Source: Pristiophorus japonicus
Lineage: Eukaryota
Direction of reading: 5' to 3'
NCBI RefSeq assembly: GCF_044704955.1
Contig: NC_091983.1
Span: 120,838,001 to 120,902,000, forward strand
Length of the DNA stretch: 64,000 nt
A program made the translations under genes and the position numbers. Positions 26,205-39,568 of the stretch are shown here, one piece after another; position 1 is the stretch's first letter; the number at the start of each line of letters is the position of its first letter. Under the pieces are notes generated by a model that searched no databases, was not told the origin of the DNA, and saw only the letters and a list, made by a program, of their open reading frames with translations.

Positions 26205-27469
26205 ATTGGAATATACAAGTAGAGATACGCAACTTGGATTAAAGGTAGGGCAATCAATCAAGCAACAGTAAATATGCATTGGATGAAAAGATTCTATTTT
26301 GAAACTCCATTGGTAGCATCTGAAAGCATCTGGTCAATATGAAGCAGTTATCAATAAAGCAAATTGGATACCATGTGCATCCGGGAGCTCTGGATTACAA
26401 ATCAGAACAATTCATACTGAATTTGCATAGATCAATGATGATGTCCACTCTGGAGTTCGGTGTATGAGAAAGGGTTCAGCGACTTCAGACCTTAGTGGAC
26501 TAAATGATGAAGAAAGGCTCAATCGACTAAACTAATTTTCATTGGAGTAAAGATTGAGGGGAGATGATGTGGATCTTTAAACTAAAAAATTGTATTGATT
26601 AAGTAGTCGTTAGCTATTTAACCAGTCCAGAACAAGAGGGCATAAATATAAGTCAGCCACTAACAGATCAAATAAAGAATTTAGAAGAAATTTCTTTTCA
26701 CAGAGAGTGGTGAGAATGTGGAACTCGCTGCCACATGGAGTGGTTGAAATAACATTGACACTTTTAAGGGGAAGCTTGAAGCACACATGAGGGAGAAGGG
26801 AAAAGATATATATGGGGGGAGGGTGGGAAGAGATCATTAGAGTCGGAGGAGACTCGTGTGGGGTGTATAAACATGGAAAATAGGTGCCGGAGCAGGCCAT
26901 TCGGCCCTTCGAGCATGCACCGCCATTCAATAATATCACGGCTGATCATTCAACCTGTTGGGCCAAATGGCCTTTTCTATGCTGTAGATTTGATGTAATG
27001 CAATTCTATGTAACACTCAGCTTCAAGCAAAGTTAGATATTAGCAGCTGGATAGATATCTATTGAGAAAGAGGTTTGAAATTTCCCCACTACCACCCTGA
27101 CTAAGGAATTTTAGTAACACTGTAAGGTGACCACTGAGTTTATTACATATACTTCTTAAAAAATGTATATATATTAATATAAATAAACATCTGACTGACT
27201 GTAACCCTGATATTTGTGATTGCAATAAGTACAAAATGTATATATTTGTAATATGTAATGTGACTTGTGTTATATATCCTGTAACAGTGTTATACAAATT
27301 AGATGATACAAGTATATCGATTTATATGATGATTACATTTTAGATGCATGACACAGACCTTAACCATATCAGAAAAATATGCAATAGACTTGATCTTATT
27401 TTTATTCGTTAGTAATTCCGCATAAGCCCCACCAGTACACTTCTATGGTTTAAAGAGAAAGTGAAGCTA

Positions 27470-28416
27470 CAGGTGCAGCGCCTAAAATCCAGAACCCGCG
27501 GGACCAAGGCCGTTCCGGATTACGGGCTTTTCTGGATTTTCGATTTGTTTACTGACATCGCAAATCTGGAAACACCAGAGCCCAGGTTCGGGTATTTCTG
27601 GATTTCGGAATGTCAGAAAGGCGGTGTGGGGGGGGGGGATTCCTGCCAAAGAGCTGTTCGAGCCATCCGGCCCCACCGAGGAGGATGTCGGGCAGGCCTG
27701 GCCAAGGAGGTTGTCGGGCCGGCCCTGCCAAGGAGGTGTTTGGGCCGACTCTGCTGAGGAGCTGTTCGGGCGGGGCCCCGCCAAGGTCATCGTCAGGCGG
27801 GCCCTGCCGAGGTCGTCGTCGGGCCAGCCCCTCCAAGGAAGTCATCGTTGGGCGGGCGGGCCTCTGCCGAGGTCATTGTTGTCGGGCAGGCCCCGCGAAG
27901 GAGGTGTTTGGGCGGGGTCCCACCGAGGTGGTGTTCGGGCAGGGCCCCACCGAGGAGGTGTTCGGGCAGGGCCCCACCGAGGAGGTGTTCAGGCAGGTGG
28001 GTCCTGCCGGAGGTGTTTGGGCGGGGCCCCGCCCAAAGGTGTTCAGGCAGGTGGGCCCTGCCGAGGAGGTGTTCGGGCAGGGCCCCACCGAGGAGGTGTT
28101 CAGGCAGGTGGGCCCTGCCGAGGAAGTGTTCGGGCAGGGCCCCACCGAGGAGGTGTTCGGGCAGGGCCCCGCCGAAAGGTGTTCAGACAGGTGGGCCCTG
28201 CCGAGGAGGTGTTCGGGCGGGCGGCGAGGAGGCCCTGAAATAAGGGCAGTGGCAATGGGGCGGGGCGAGGCGAGCGGCGGCGGGGCCCCGAGATGGCAGG
28301 GTCGTTGGGTCCGGATTCCAGAACATTTTACAGATTCTGGAGGACCCTGCCACCAATCGGACCGGAGTCCAGAATATTCCGGATTCCAGAACTCTGGATT
28401 CTCGACGCTGCACCTG
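27470..28416. mobile_element. Tc1/mariner-pogo (Tigger-like) MITE with an internal minisatellite
   Basis: TIRs CAGGTGCAGCG / CGCTGCACCTG, flanked by TA on both sides. Confidence 0.85.
27660..28230. repeat. GC-rich minisatellite, 27/30-bp unit GGCCCCACCGAGGAGGTGTTCGGGCAG
   Basis: About 20 degenerate tandem copies, visible as EEVFGQGPT repeats in the ORF track. Confidence 0.9.
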
Positions 28417-30317
28417 TATCACGTGATGCATGAGGGACACTGACAAATACAAAGGTGAAACAGCCGATGAAAAGGAAAGGGTATGCTGCATATGTTTCAT
28501 CCATGGATCTCTAGATAGATTATTATATGGGTGGGCCGTGTAAGATTCGGCGAAAATGTCGGCATAAACTTTTGAACTTTGCTGGGACACATTCACTGCA
28601 CAGCAGAAGAGCTAACCTGGGCAAGTCCAAACATATTTTAACTTGAATACACAACAGCTGGGCAGGAATGAGAATGGCTGAAAGCAGGAACATCATGATT
28701 GATGGGTGCCTTTTGTCATGGAATGGGAACCCATCAGTGAGACATTAAGGTGGCTGGTGTTTCAGGCCATCGAAAGACAAAGGAAAGCTATTTTGACCAC
28801 AGACTCATTGGAGCCACCCATCAAGGGACAGCCCAGTTTGACAAAGGGGCAGGCAAAGACTTGTTTTTTGCTTTTCAGTTGGACAGCCTCAGGCGGGAAG
28901 GACAGTTAGACTTTTAGCAGTCTTGCAGGTATAAGAGAACGGCAGTTGGAAACCATCTCTCTCTCTCCCCTCTTCTACGCCTGCTTGCAACGCACAAGAA
29001 CCGAGCACTCCATCTGGAACGGAGAGAAGAAACCACCATCTACGAGCCAAGAGAGTCTTGCTACTTTGATTGGGAGGCTGAGCTTGAGACTGGACTTGAA
29101 GACCACAGTTTTGTACGGACCTAGAAGATACGCTTCATCGGGAGAAGCAGCGAGTAAGCCAGATGGGTGATTGGTGAGCATTTATCCCAGCCCACGGATT
29201 TTTAAGACCACCGCATAGTGTAAAAGGATGTCATGTGTCCCAACTAAGTTTGAGAGGTTTTAGTGGAAGGTGTTTTAGACGTGGGTACTTCGCGTTAGGG
29301 GCTTGTTTAGACAGGCCAAACAGTGTATTGTACTGCATTTGTTTGTTTTACACACCAGGGTGTGTGTGTTTTTACTGGGTGCAGGTGTGTATTTTAACTT
29401 TAATAAAAGCATTGCCGGTACTCGGACCAAGGTACCCATTCCTGACTCATTCATCTGTCCAGTTCAGTAATTCCAGCATTAGAACTATTGTAAAGTGGGG
29501 GTGCTTCGAAAACACCTAAGGGAAATCACTTACAGTCGCTCTTTTTATAGCCATGTAAAATTAAACACTTTGGGCTGAGTTTCTGCTCGGTAACGTTGAT
29601 TGGGGCCGGCCTCTGAAGAATCATCGTTGGGGGGAGAGAACATCGGGTCCTCAGCATCATCAGTGGAGTGGGGGGGGGTTCTGAGTAGGTGATCAGAAGG
29701 CTCGTGGGGCGGTCTCCAATTGCGCACTCACCTCCTGCATGTGGCAGTCCTTGCCTTGCTGTAACTGCCTATCAGGTATGTAAAACCCGACTAGCTGGGG
29801 GTTAAAGAAGAGGCATCCAGCCTTATTACAGTATTTAAATAGACGGCCTGCAGCTCGGCTGCCTGCCCTCATTCCAGCTCCCGTCCTGCCTCCGGGCGGG
29901 TTGGAGGCAGTATTCCGATTTTAACAATGTAACTACCTCCAATCTCCTAACCCACTCATTTCTATAGGTAAAAATTCCCCTCATTATTGCAGGGGATACC
30001 AGGCAGATTGATTGCAATTTATAGCACTCAGAACATGTAGCTGCTTCCTTATGTCACATTCCCACACATGTACTAACATATGTCTTCTTCAGTCTATATG
30101 ATGCTTTTTAGGTCTGATGGATTATTTTTAGCTGAATCTCATCAGCTCTGTTATTGGGAGACACCCTTTTAACTCTTTGCTGAAAACAGATGATGCCAAG
30201 TCCCTCATGATTGTTTTCTTAAAAGAAATGTAACAAATATACAAAGAAATAGCAACAGTTTTCTACTGCTAAATAGATGTAGTGGATACTTGAAAGGTTT
30301 GTACCAGTAGATCAAAT

Positions 30318-31844
30318 AGGGGTAGAAATTGCAGCCGGAGGCTTCCCAAGGGCGGATGCCTCCGACCTGCAAAAAGTCTACGAAATTACCTGATAGTCCG
30401 GGAGGTTTGTTGACCTGCGATCCTGGGCCTCCAAGGGTAGGCCTGCGTAGAGGCCCACGTATCCCAGGGGAGCATGCAGTTCGCAAGCGCCCCTGCGATC
30501 ACGTGGGCTTGCCCAACCAATAAAAGAAGGGAAACTCCATTCATACTTACGGGGATTTCCGTTTGTACCGAATCTTAAGTATGAATGGGGATCACTTAAA
30601 AAATACACAAAAACGCATGAAATAAATTTAAAAAAAACATTATAGCCCTGAAATCCCGGCCTCCCCGGGCCCGTACGGTGTGTATGGACCCGGCAAAGCA
30701 TCACAAAAGCCAGTTTTTGGCGCATGATGAGCATGCGCTGAAAACTGACTTTTCTGATATGTCAAGTTCTGGCTTGACAGATCGCATGCACCTCGGCAGC
30801 AAGGACATTTGCATGGGCAAGATTACGGTATTTGCCCATCTATCGCCCAGCAAATGTCCTTAAAACGCTTACGCCTGGTAAAAGCAGGCGCATAGCCTAC
30901 TTTTACCAGCGTAAGAATTTTAAAACATATAAAAATAAGATTTAATACCATATTTTTCTGTTAAAAATCCTGCCCACGAAGGTAAGTTTATTTTAAACCC
31001 TAATTACATTTTTTTTTAAATCGGAAAAATATATATTTTTTGTAACACATTGATTAACTTTAAATTAAGTTAATGTTAAATATGTGATGTTTTTTCTATT
31101 TTTTTATTTGTGTTTTGGTGTTTGGGGGGGATGTTTCTCATTCATAATAATGAGAGCTCCTACTTACGGAGTACCCATTATTATGAATGAGAATACTTTA
31201 CCTTGATTGGCTGACCAGTGCCACGTGACTCTAGATTCTTCCTGCGCATCTGCAAGATGTGAACACGTTCCGATGCACAGGGAGAGAAGGCCTCCGACCG
31301 GGATCGCTGGAGGGCGCAACAGGAAAAGGTAGGTGCAGATCTTTACTATTTTCTGGCGAACGCCCGCGGGAAGCCCAGAACCGGGATTTCGGGCCCTACA
31401 TATTTAAAATTAATTTAAATGCCATTTAATTAAATATTTTAAACAAAAATTTAATTTAAAAAATGTTTTAATATGTTTTAACGGGGCCCCGAAATAAACT
31501 TACCTTATTGGACAGGGTCTTTAAATATATAAATGAGTGATAAAATTTTATTTTTCTATTTTTTAAAACTCTTATGTTGGTAAAAGCAGGCCTTACGCCT
31601 GCTTTTACCAGGCGTAAGAATTTCAAGGACATTCACTGGGCAGAAGTTGGGCAAATAGCTCAACTCCTCGCCCGCGGAGGCCCTTTTCCCAGGGATTCGT
31701 ATGATCTGTCAAGAGGATTCTTGAAAGATCTCAAGGTCCGGGTTTCAGCGTGTGCGCAGTGCATACCTAAACCCGGAACTTCCAGGGCACCTATGGGAGC
31801 GTGCGCACCTTGTATGCACCCATAGGGGCCGCAAGTTCAGCCCC
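30318..31844. mobile_element. Harbinger-type MITE with an oppositely oriented relative nested at ~30646-31396
   Basis: Outer ends GGGGTAGAAATTGC ... GCAAGTTCAGCCCC, inner ends GCCCTGAAATCCCGG ... CCGGGATTTCGGGCCC. Confidence 0.65.
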
Positions 31845-31974
31845 ATTTGTTTAAAAATGTTGTTGTGAAGAACAATTATGTGTGACTTGAGACCCATCGG
31901 CCTGCAGTTTTAATTTGGAGCATTCCTGCTCCACTTGGTTTTATATTCAGATAAGTTTTTAAAACTTATCTTCA

Positions 31975-32565
31975 TGATTACCCCTGTGTTTTCTGACTTA
32001 CATTGGCTCTCAATCCGACAATGCCTCAATTTAAAAATCCTCATCCTTGTTTTCAAATCTCTCCAACGATGTTGGCCTACACTTGCCCCTCCCCTCGATC
32101 GTCGTCTCCCCCCTCGGATTTACTATGGACACTCAACCAGTGTCCCCAGTCAGACGATTTTGCTCCTCTCCTCGACCGATGAACTGCCTCTTGTGGTGCA
32201 GTGCAGAGCCTTCCTATCTTATCTCTGTAACCTCCTCCAGCCTTAAAACCCTTCGAGATCTCTGCACTCCTCCAATTCAGACATCTTACATATCTCCGAT
32301 TTTAATCGCTCCCGATAGGCAGCCGTGCTTTCAGCTGCCTTCGCCCAAAAGCTCTGGAATTCCTTCCCTAAACCTCTCTCCCTTTCTATTTCTCTCCTCT
32401 CTTTAAAATCATCCTTAAGTGCAACCTCTTTGACCAAGCTTTTGGTCATCTGTCCTGGTATCTCCTTCTGTGGCTCAGTGTCAAAAATATTTATTGTTAA
32501 TGCTCTTCTGAAGTGCCTTGGAACATTTTATTACATTAACAGCGCTATATAAATGCAAATTATTG
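31975..32565 (+). mobile_element. L2 LINE 3' fragment with a ~140-bp foreign insert (~32066-32210)
   Basis: ITPVFSDLHWLSIRQCLNLKILILVFKSL and the L2 3' tail. Confidence 0.8.
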
Positions 32566-32805
32566 CTACTTTAGAAAGGAGTTAGATGGATAGCTGTTTG
32601 AGAACTTGATGGCAAGCTATGTTGGTGGGAGCTAAGTGGAAAAACCACTACTTGGAATAATATGGTTTGAATATTCTTGGGATCATGGAATTGCTGAGGT
32701 GATTCTGTGATCATCTGCTCACAGTATATATAATATATTTAAAATATTACCCTACAGTAAAATGATAATCCATAATTATTTAATTAAAATAATAAACAAC
32801 ATACT

Positions 32806-33537
32806 GGGCTAGAAATTGTGTAGCATCCCATTTGGGGCAATAGCTTTTCAGGGAGTGGAAAAGTAGCACCAGGCAGAAAAGAGTTTTTGCTGCCGGGAAC
32901 TTCCGCTTTAGCGGTCCAAGAGGGAAGTGGAGCACTAAAGCAAGTGCTATCACTTCCCATCGAGCACTAAAGTCAGTGAGAGGGGTGGTAGCGGCAGAGT
33001 GCTGAACAATGTTCCGTGCAGCGCTGCTGTCTTTAGAGGCTCCTCCCCTCACTTAAAGGGGAGGGCCAATGTTGGTTTCATTCAATCTTCATCATATATC
33101 TGTGGGGCCACGGGACCTGTGCTGGGTGCACAACAGCTGCAAGCAATCTGACGCATCGTGAAGTCCAAAAAAAAGACACCAGACTGGGGAGATTAATAAA
33201 TTTTTTCCTAACTGACCACCACTGCCTTTAAATATTGCTCTCCAAGCAGCCAGCTGAGATGACAATGCCTCCTGCAGCTGCTGTTGTTGATATCCGGCGA
33301 TGCTGCAGACAGTGAGAGCGAATATTGCATTCGCTCTCACTGCCTGCGCACCAGATGACGTCACGATCTACGGGGCGGTACAGAGCGAGGTGATAAATGT
33401 TAGCGCTAGCGCAAAACCACCAGGAAAGTTCTCAGGCGTTGGTGAATTTGCAGCGCCTGGTCGGTAATCCTTTAGCGCCCCGTTACCGTCCTCCGTAGGC
33501 GCTAATGGGAGGCGCAAATCAGGCCAATTTCTCCCCC
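32806..33537. mobile_element. Harbinger-type MITE
   Basis: Inverted termini GGGCTAGAAATTG ... CAATTTCTCCCC. Confidence 0.55.
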
Positions 33538-33785
33538 GTCATTTCTTGAAGTTGCTGTGATGAGGAAATGGTTGCGTGGTTATTGGAGTCTATCTTTGTT
33601 GCAAAATTTCCCCTCATACTGTTACAAACGTCAAGTATGCATTTGCATCTCTAATTAATCACCGAGGTTCGATATTATTGACCATGCTTTTCCATTATCA
33701 AAAATCCTTTAATAACAAGACTAAGGCACTTTTTGAAATATTTCCTTAGTTATGTCTATGATATTTAAAAATGCTAGACACTCTC

Positions 33786-36700
33786 CGGCCACAATATTTT
33801 CTTGGGACCAGGAAAAGAATGGGTGGGAGGATTTTCAGATGAGAAACCTGGAAGTACGGGTTTCCCCAGGTTCTCCCGAATTTAACACCAGAACCGGTTT
33901 TAAATTTTTTCAACCGGTTTCCCAGCCAGTCAGATTATCAAGCTAGTTGCCTGTTAGGTGGGAAAGCAGGCAGGGAGCGGATGCCAGGTAAGTCTGTCAT
34001 CGTGGGGCGTGGGCGGGGTGGAGGTGGGGGATTATTTTGGGGGGTTTGGTCATCATGGGGAAGGGGTTGAACCTCCACTGCGTGGGCAGGTTGGACATCG
34101 GGGGCTGGGGGTGGGGGGGGAGGCCCATCACGGAGGTCCGATCATGTGCCACTAAGCTTCTTGTGTTTAGAGGAAACACTCCTGCTTCTCCTGACCCACA
34201 AGCAGTACAATAAAGGCAGTTGCCTCATGGTTCCAGCTCTTCTCGCATTCTTTTACCTGCTGAGAGTTAAAAGTAGAATCCTGTTTGTTATGTATGTAAA
34301 CACTATCAATATGTAAGACTTTCCACCAGGGGCGCACCTGTGGGAGACCCAAGGGTCACCTGCATACCTTGGGTAAGCAGGTATAAAAGGCAGACTACCA
34401 TGTTGCCTCCTCACTCTGGAGTCACAATAAAGAGACCAAGGTCACAACAGTTTGAGCTTAAGATATACAGTCTTGTGGAGTTATTCTAAATGTAACAATT
34501 GGCGACGAGTAACAGATCACGAACTTTCATGCAGTTAAAGCTGCCATTGCTATTCTTGAGAGATTTGTTGAGGGTGATGATTGGGAAGTCTTCATTGAGC
34601 ATCTTGACCAGTACTGCGTGGCCAACGAGCTGGAAAAGGAAGAAACTGCGATCAAGCGCAGGGCGATTCTCCTCGCCGTTCGCGGGTCCACGATATATGG
34701 CCTCATCAAAAATCTGCTAGCACCGACGAAACCAATGGAGAAGACATATGAAGAGCTGTGCACATTGGTTCAGGAACACCTCAAGCATCTTTATGGCCAG
34801 GTACTGCTTTCATACGCACCACTGCTCCGAGGGCCAGGACGTGGCGAGCTATGTTGCCGACCTAAGATGCCTTGTGGGACTGTAGGTATTTGCTGGATTT
34901 TTGGGGGAAGTATTGCAGGACTTTTTCATGCTTGGAATCGGCCACGAGGTCATTCTTCGCAAACTGCTGTCTGCCGAATCCCTAGATCTGAGCAAGGCCA
35001 TCACGATAGCCCAGGCTTTTATGTCTACGAACGATAACACGAAACAGATATCATTGCAGCATCGGAACTCACCGGCAAGTACTGTGCATAAAATAATGCC
35101 TTCAGCAGGCAGAACTGTACATGGCAGGGCCTACACGCCCGCGGAGGCCAGACCTAGGATGACTCAGATGCCACTGTGGGGCATGAATGCGAATCCATTA
35201 ACACCATGTCGGCGCTGAGGGGGTAATCATTGAGCCCATCAAAGACGATTCAAGGACTACGTGTGCAAGGGCTGTGCAACAATGGGGCACCTCCAGCGAA
35301 TGTGCAGACATGCTGCGACTCACCACTTGGCAAAGTCGGCAGAAGATGACTGATCCGGCGCAGACCACACTGAACGAGCAGGAGAGGCAACTCAACATGA
35401 GGATGAAGAGGAAGTGTAGGGGATACACACCTTCACCACCAAAAGCCCTCCGATAATGTTAAAAGTTAAACTTAACGGCACTCCAGTCTCCATGGAATGG
35501 GACACGGGGGTGAGTCAACCAATTATGAGCCAGAAAGCATGCGAAAGGCTGTGGGGCGACAGAGCACAATGACCCAAGCTGATCCCGATTCAGGCAAAGC
35601 TGCGCACCTACACCAAGGAACTGATACCAGTTATTGGTAGTGCGGACATAAGAGTATCCCATGAGGGAGCGGTGCACGATTTACCACTGTGGATTGTTTC
35701 AGGTAATGGGCCAACGCTGCTTGGTAGAAGGTGGATGGGGAAGATTCGATGGAACTGGTAAGACCTCTGTGTACCTTCTTCAGCAAACGGTGTCTCCCTT
35801 GCTCAAATGTTGAGCAAACCCCCACCTTCAGCTGAACCAGGCAGCTAAGTGCAGATCTATTTGAGATCCCCAAAGCACAGGCCGCTCATCTCGACCACGA
35901 GGAGGTAAAGATCAACCGAGTAGCGGTACAGGCGCAGTACCCACCACTCAAAGCCGACGACCTCTTCGCGATGATGGAAGAGGCTCCAGGTCGAGCAAGC
36001 AGAGTGGGACTCCGGCCGAAACAATCCGAATGCGTCTTCCAGAGGTAAAATCGCTGAGGAGGAAGATCGTGGCAGTCGGCATCATGGACACGGACGAGAG
36101 TGCGTCCAGACCACGGGAGGAGTGCGCGTCCGGACCACGGGATGTCGCCGCAACAAAACAGAGGCATGTGTTGCACAGCCAGGAAGACGACTGGGCTTGG
36201 GGCAAAGGTAAAGGGGTGGCTGCTGAGAAGGCCAGGAACCCACCACGCTCCAATAAGTTGTTTGCACTGTGTAACCCATGTGAGTGCCTATTCGTGGCAA
36301 ATGATGTATTATCATATGGGGTCGGGGGTACCTTACAACAAGCCAAAGTAGCGAGCAAACACCAACCGGTTGTATATGTATCTAACAAAGTATTTGCAGC
36401 AAGTGATGTGTTATCACACGGGGTCGGGCATGTTGTACAGCAAGCCAACGTAGCGGGTGAACCCCAACCGGTTGTACATGTATCCAATAACTTACCCAAG
36501 GCAGTAGCCTGCATTCACGGGACAAGAGACATACCAAAGTGTGTCCCAATATTTGCTCGAGTCAGACAAGCTGCCAATCTCAGTTTTGGGAGAGCAGAGG
36601 CACAATTATCAATGCTTTGTCTCGAATAGGTCTAACACCGTCTGTGCACTGTAACATGATCCGCCACGGGCCAGACACGGAGAACGGCGCTAATGCCCTC

Positions 36701-38111
36701 AGTCGGCTACCGTTGCCCACCACAGGGGTGGAAACGGCGCAGCCCGCAAACCTGCTTGTTGTTATGGAAGTGCTAGAGAGCGAGGGGTCAACCGTAACGG
36801 CTCCCCAGACTAGGACCTGGACCAACCAGGATCCCGCGTTACCACCTGCTAACGCCGAACCGCTAGACGGGATGTTGCAGCTTATCCGTCACTAAGACAA
36901 AATGCTCATCCCATCAGATTGGCCCCTATGGGGTAACCCTGCAACGTTGCAAAGAAAGGCAGGGAGGCTACACACAGTTGGTGATCCTGGGCCTCCATGT
37001 CATGGCCCAGGATTCACGGGGATCACGTGGCCTCCTGCCATTACTGAAAGTCTCAAGGCCATATCTGCCATCCTTGGCTTGCCGGACCTCAGGATCAGCG
37101 ACAGTGGTCCGGAGCGGGCAGCTGAAATAATAAAGCCAAGCACCACACGTGTCATGGTAGACTCCCCACAGACCCGGCTATCCCGGGTGCTACGCAGTCA
37201 CCGGGCTAAATCACTCAGAACCGGGCTTTCCGTAATCAGCAGAGAATGTACCATGATCGTACGGCTCCTCCACGTGACATCAGAATAAATGAGGTAGACC
37301 GTGATCATGGGCCCAGATTCGTTGCTAGCACTGTATTAGCCAAAGAGGGGAATGGAGTGTTTGTGATGAAAATGGAGTGTTTGTTGTGAAACCATGTAAT
37401 GGGCAAACGCAGAAAGCATTTGGACCAGATCAAACTGCGAACTGCAGATAACCATAACCAGGAACTACTGGAAAGGACCTGGCCCCCATAGACCCACTAA
37501 CACAATCGACCTCGCTGTCAACCACGAGGATGAACCCACCATGCCTGACAGTCCGATCAGACTAGCCGCGCGGCCGTGCAACAATGATCCGACCGACTCA
37601 CCCATGCCAGGATTTCAACTCAGGCGACCAACCCGGGAATGCAGAGCCCCGGATCGCCACAACTTGTAAATAACTTGTACATAAGACTTTGGGGGGGGGG
37701 GGGGGGAGAATGATGTTATGTATGTAAACATTACCAATGTGTAAGACTTGCCACCAGGGTGCGCTCCTGTGGGAGACCCAAGGGACACCTGAACAACCTG
37801 GACAAGCAGGTATAAAAGGCAGACTACCATGCTGTCTCCTCACTCTGGAGTTACAATAAAGAGACCAAGGTCACAACAGTTTGAGCTTAAGATGTGCAGT
37901 CTTGTGGAGTTATTCTAAATGTAACACTGTTAAAATGGAGGCACCATTTCTGCGACTGACCCTCCTCCTGAGAGAGGATTGGTTGCCTGCCCCCCAACCT
38001 ACCTCTGTTAAAACCGGAAGTGGGTGGGTTGGAGGCGGGATTGAGATCTTTAACATTTTTACCTTCCCACCCATCCCCACCTTATCTGTGCTTGGGGTTT
38101 AAAATCTCCCC
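33786..38111. mobile_element. Harbinger-type non-autonomous element hosting Gypsy element 2
   Basis: Homologous to 6620-8972 on both sides of the LTR element. Right end GGGGTTTAAAATCTCCCC. Confidence 0.5.
34286..37926 (+). mobile_element. Gypsy (Mag-like) LTR element 2, internally deleted and non-autonomous
   Basis: LTRs 34286-34497 and 37714-37926 (TGTTA...TAACA), perfect 5-bp TSD CTGTT, primer-binding site at 34500 and a poly-G purine tract. Gag and protease are recognisable; RT, RNase H and integrase survive only as patches. Confidence 0.93.
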
Positions 38112-38582
38112 ATAGGTTTATAAGCTCCTACAGATTTATTGGAAATTCACATGTGTGATGCATTTTCTTTGGCAGCCCCTTTCTTGTGGAATGACCTTGA
38201 CAGGACATTATTTGTTTGAAATGACTTGAGCTGCGAGAATAGTCGAAAGATAATAATACTCAGAAAAACCTATTATCTTTTGGAACATTTCTTTAAAATG
38301 CACAGACACATAAAAACATATTGTACATTTTGCATTCAATTTGCACAAAGAACCTTTGAAGTATTTTGGTACTTAAAAACACTTATGTTACACAATGAAT
38401 TGGATTGGGATGAAATTTGGTTCTGATATGTGGCCGGACTTTTACCACGGTGTCGTGTCGAGTGCGTGTGGGCCGTGTGGCAGATTGGGAACGCGATGCT
38501 CTCATCAGCACGTTCTTCAGGGCGACTTTAACTTAATGGACCCAATTAAAGCAGTCAGATGCCTTTCCCAGCCCACTTAAAT

Positions 38583-39568
38583 CATCATAGGCAGTCCCTC
38601 GGAATCGAGGAGGACTTGCTTCCACTCCCAAAGTGAGTTCTTTGATAGCTAAATACGAGAGCAACAGACCCTGTTACAGGTGGGACAGACATTCGTCGAG
38701 GAAAGGGATTGGTGGGGCTGGTTTGCCGCGCGCTCCTTCCGCTGCCTGCGTTTGGCCTTTTCATGCTCTTTGCGTTGAGACTCGAAGAGCACAAAGCCCT
38801 CCCGGATGTACTTTCTCCACCTCGGGCGGTCTTCGGTCAGGGTCTCCCAGGTGTCAGTGGTGATGTTGCACTTTACCAGGGATGATGTCCTTATAATGTT
38901 TCCGCTGTCCTCCTTTGGCTCATTCACAATGACGGAGCTCCGCATAAAGCATTTGCTTAGGGAATCTCATATCTGGCATGTGAACTATACGGCCTGCCCA
39001 GCGAAGCTGATCGAGTGTGGTCAGTTCTTCAATACTGGGGATGTTAGCTTGGTCGAGGACACTGATGTTGGTGCGCCTGTACTCCCAGGGGATTTGCAGG
39101 ATCTTGCGGAGACATCGTTGGTGATATATCTCCAGCGACTTGAGGTGCCTTCTATACATCGTCCATGCCTCTGATCCATACAGGGGGGCGGGTATTACTA
39201 TAGCCCTGTAGACCATGAGCTTGGTGGTAGATTTGAGGGCCTGGTCTTCAAACACTCTTTTCCTCAGACGGCCAAAGGCTGCACTGACGCACTGGAGGCG
39301 ATGCTGAATCTCCGCATCAATGTCTGCCTTTGTTAATAAGAGGCTCCCAAGATATGGGAAATGGTCCACGTTGTCCAGGGCCGCACAGTGGATCTTGATG
39401 ATTGGATGGCAGTGCTGTGCGGCGGTGACAGGCTGGTGAAGGACCTTTTTTTTACGGATATTAAGCGTAAGGCCTATGCCTCAGTGAATACATTGGCTAT
39501 ATCCTGGAGTTCAATCTCTGAATGTGCACAGACACAGGCATCGTCCGCATACTGCAGCTCAACGACAG
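38583..39568 (-). mobile_element. 5'-truncated RTE LINE
   Basis: ORF 38920-39369 (HFPYLGSLL...TKLMVYRAIVIPAPLYGSEAW...LRWAGRIVHMPD), tail GGGACTGCCTATGATGAT, TSD TTAAAT. Confidence 0.92.

Larger units (their letters stand above)
16600..26760 (+). mobile_element. Ancient CR1 LINE broken up by many later insertions (pieces ~16600-16844, ~18004-18190, ~18720-19060, ~24180-24520, ~25690-25790, ~26210-26760)
   Basis: Collinear ORF2 remnants: WFNKEL, GIHPRILMELKEEI, RPITLT, IAYLDFQK, VTSGVLQG, RTRGHKYK, NFFSQRVVRMWNSLP. Confidence 0.65.
27121..29534 (+). mobile_element. Possible solo LTR (left boundary uncertain) hosting a Tigger-type MITE
   Basis: TGTAAG... start and ...CACTTACA end. A TATA-like GGTATAAGAG followed by a CT-rich tract (~28930-28970) and AATAAA at ~29402. 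No TSD found. Confidence 0.35.

Noticed and set aside
27660-28230. CRISPR-like repeat array
   Set aside because: The units are contiguous with no unique spacers, there are no cas genes, and the context is eukaryotic.
27610-28443. 277-aa ORF and overlapping long ORFs
   Set aside because: They arise from a GC-rich minisatellite with unit lengths divisible by 3, open in several frames and lying inside a MITE.
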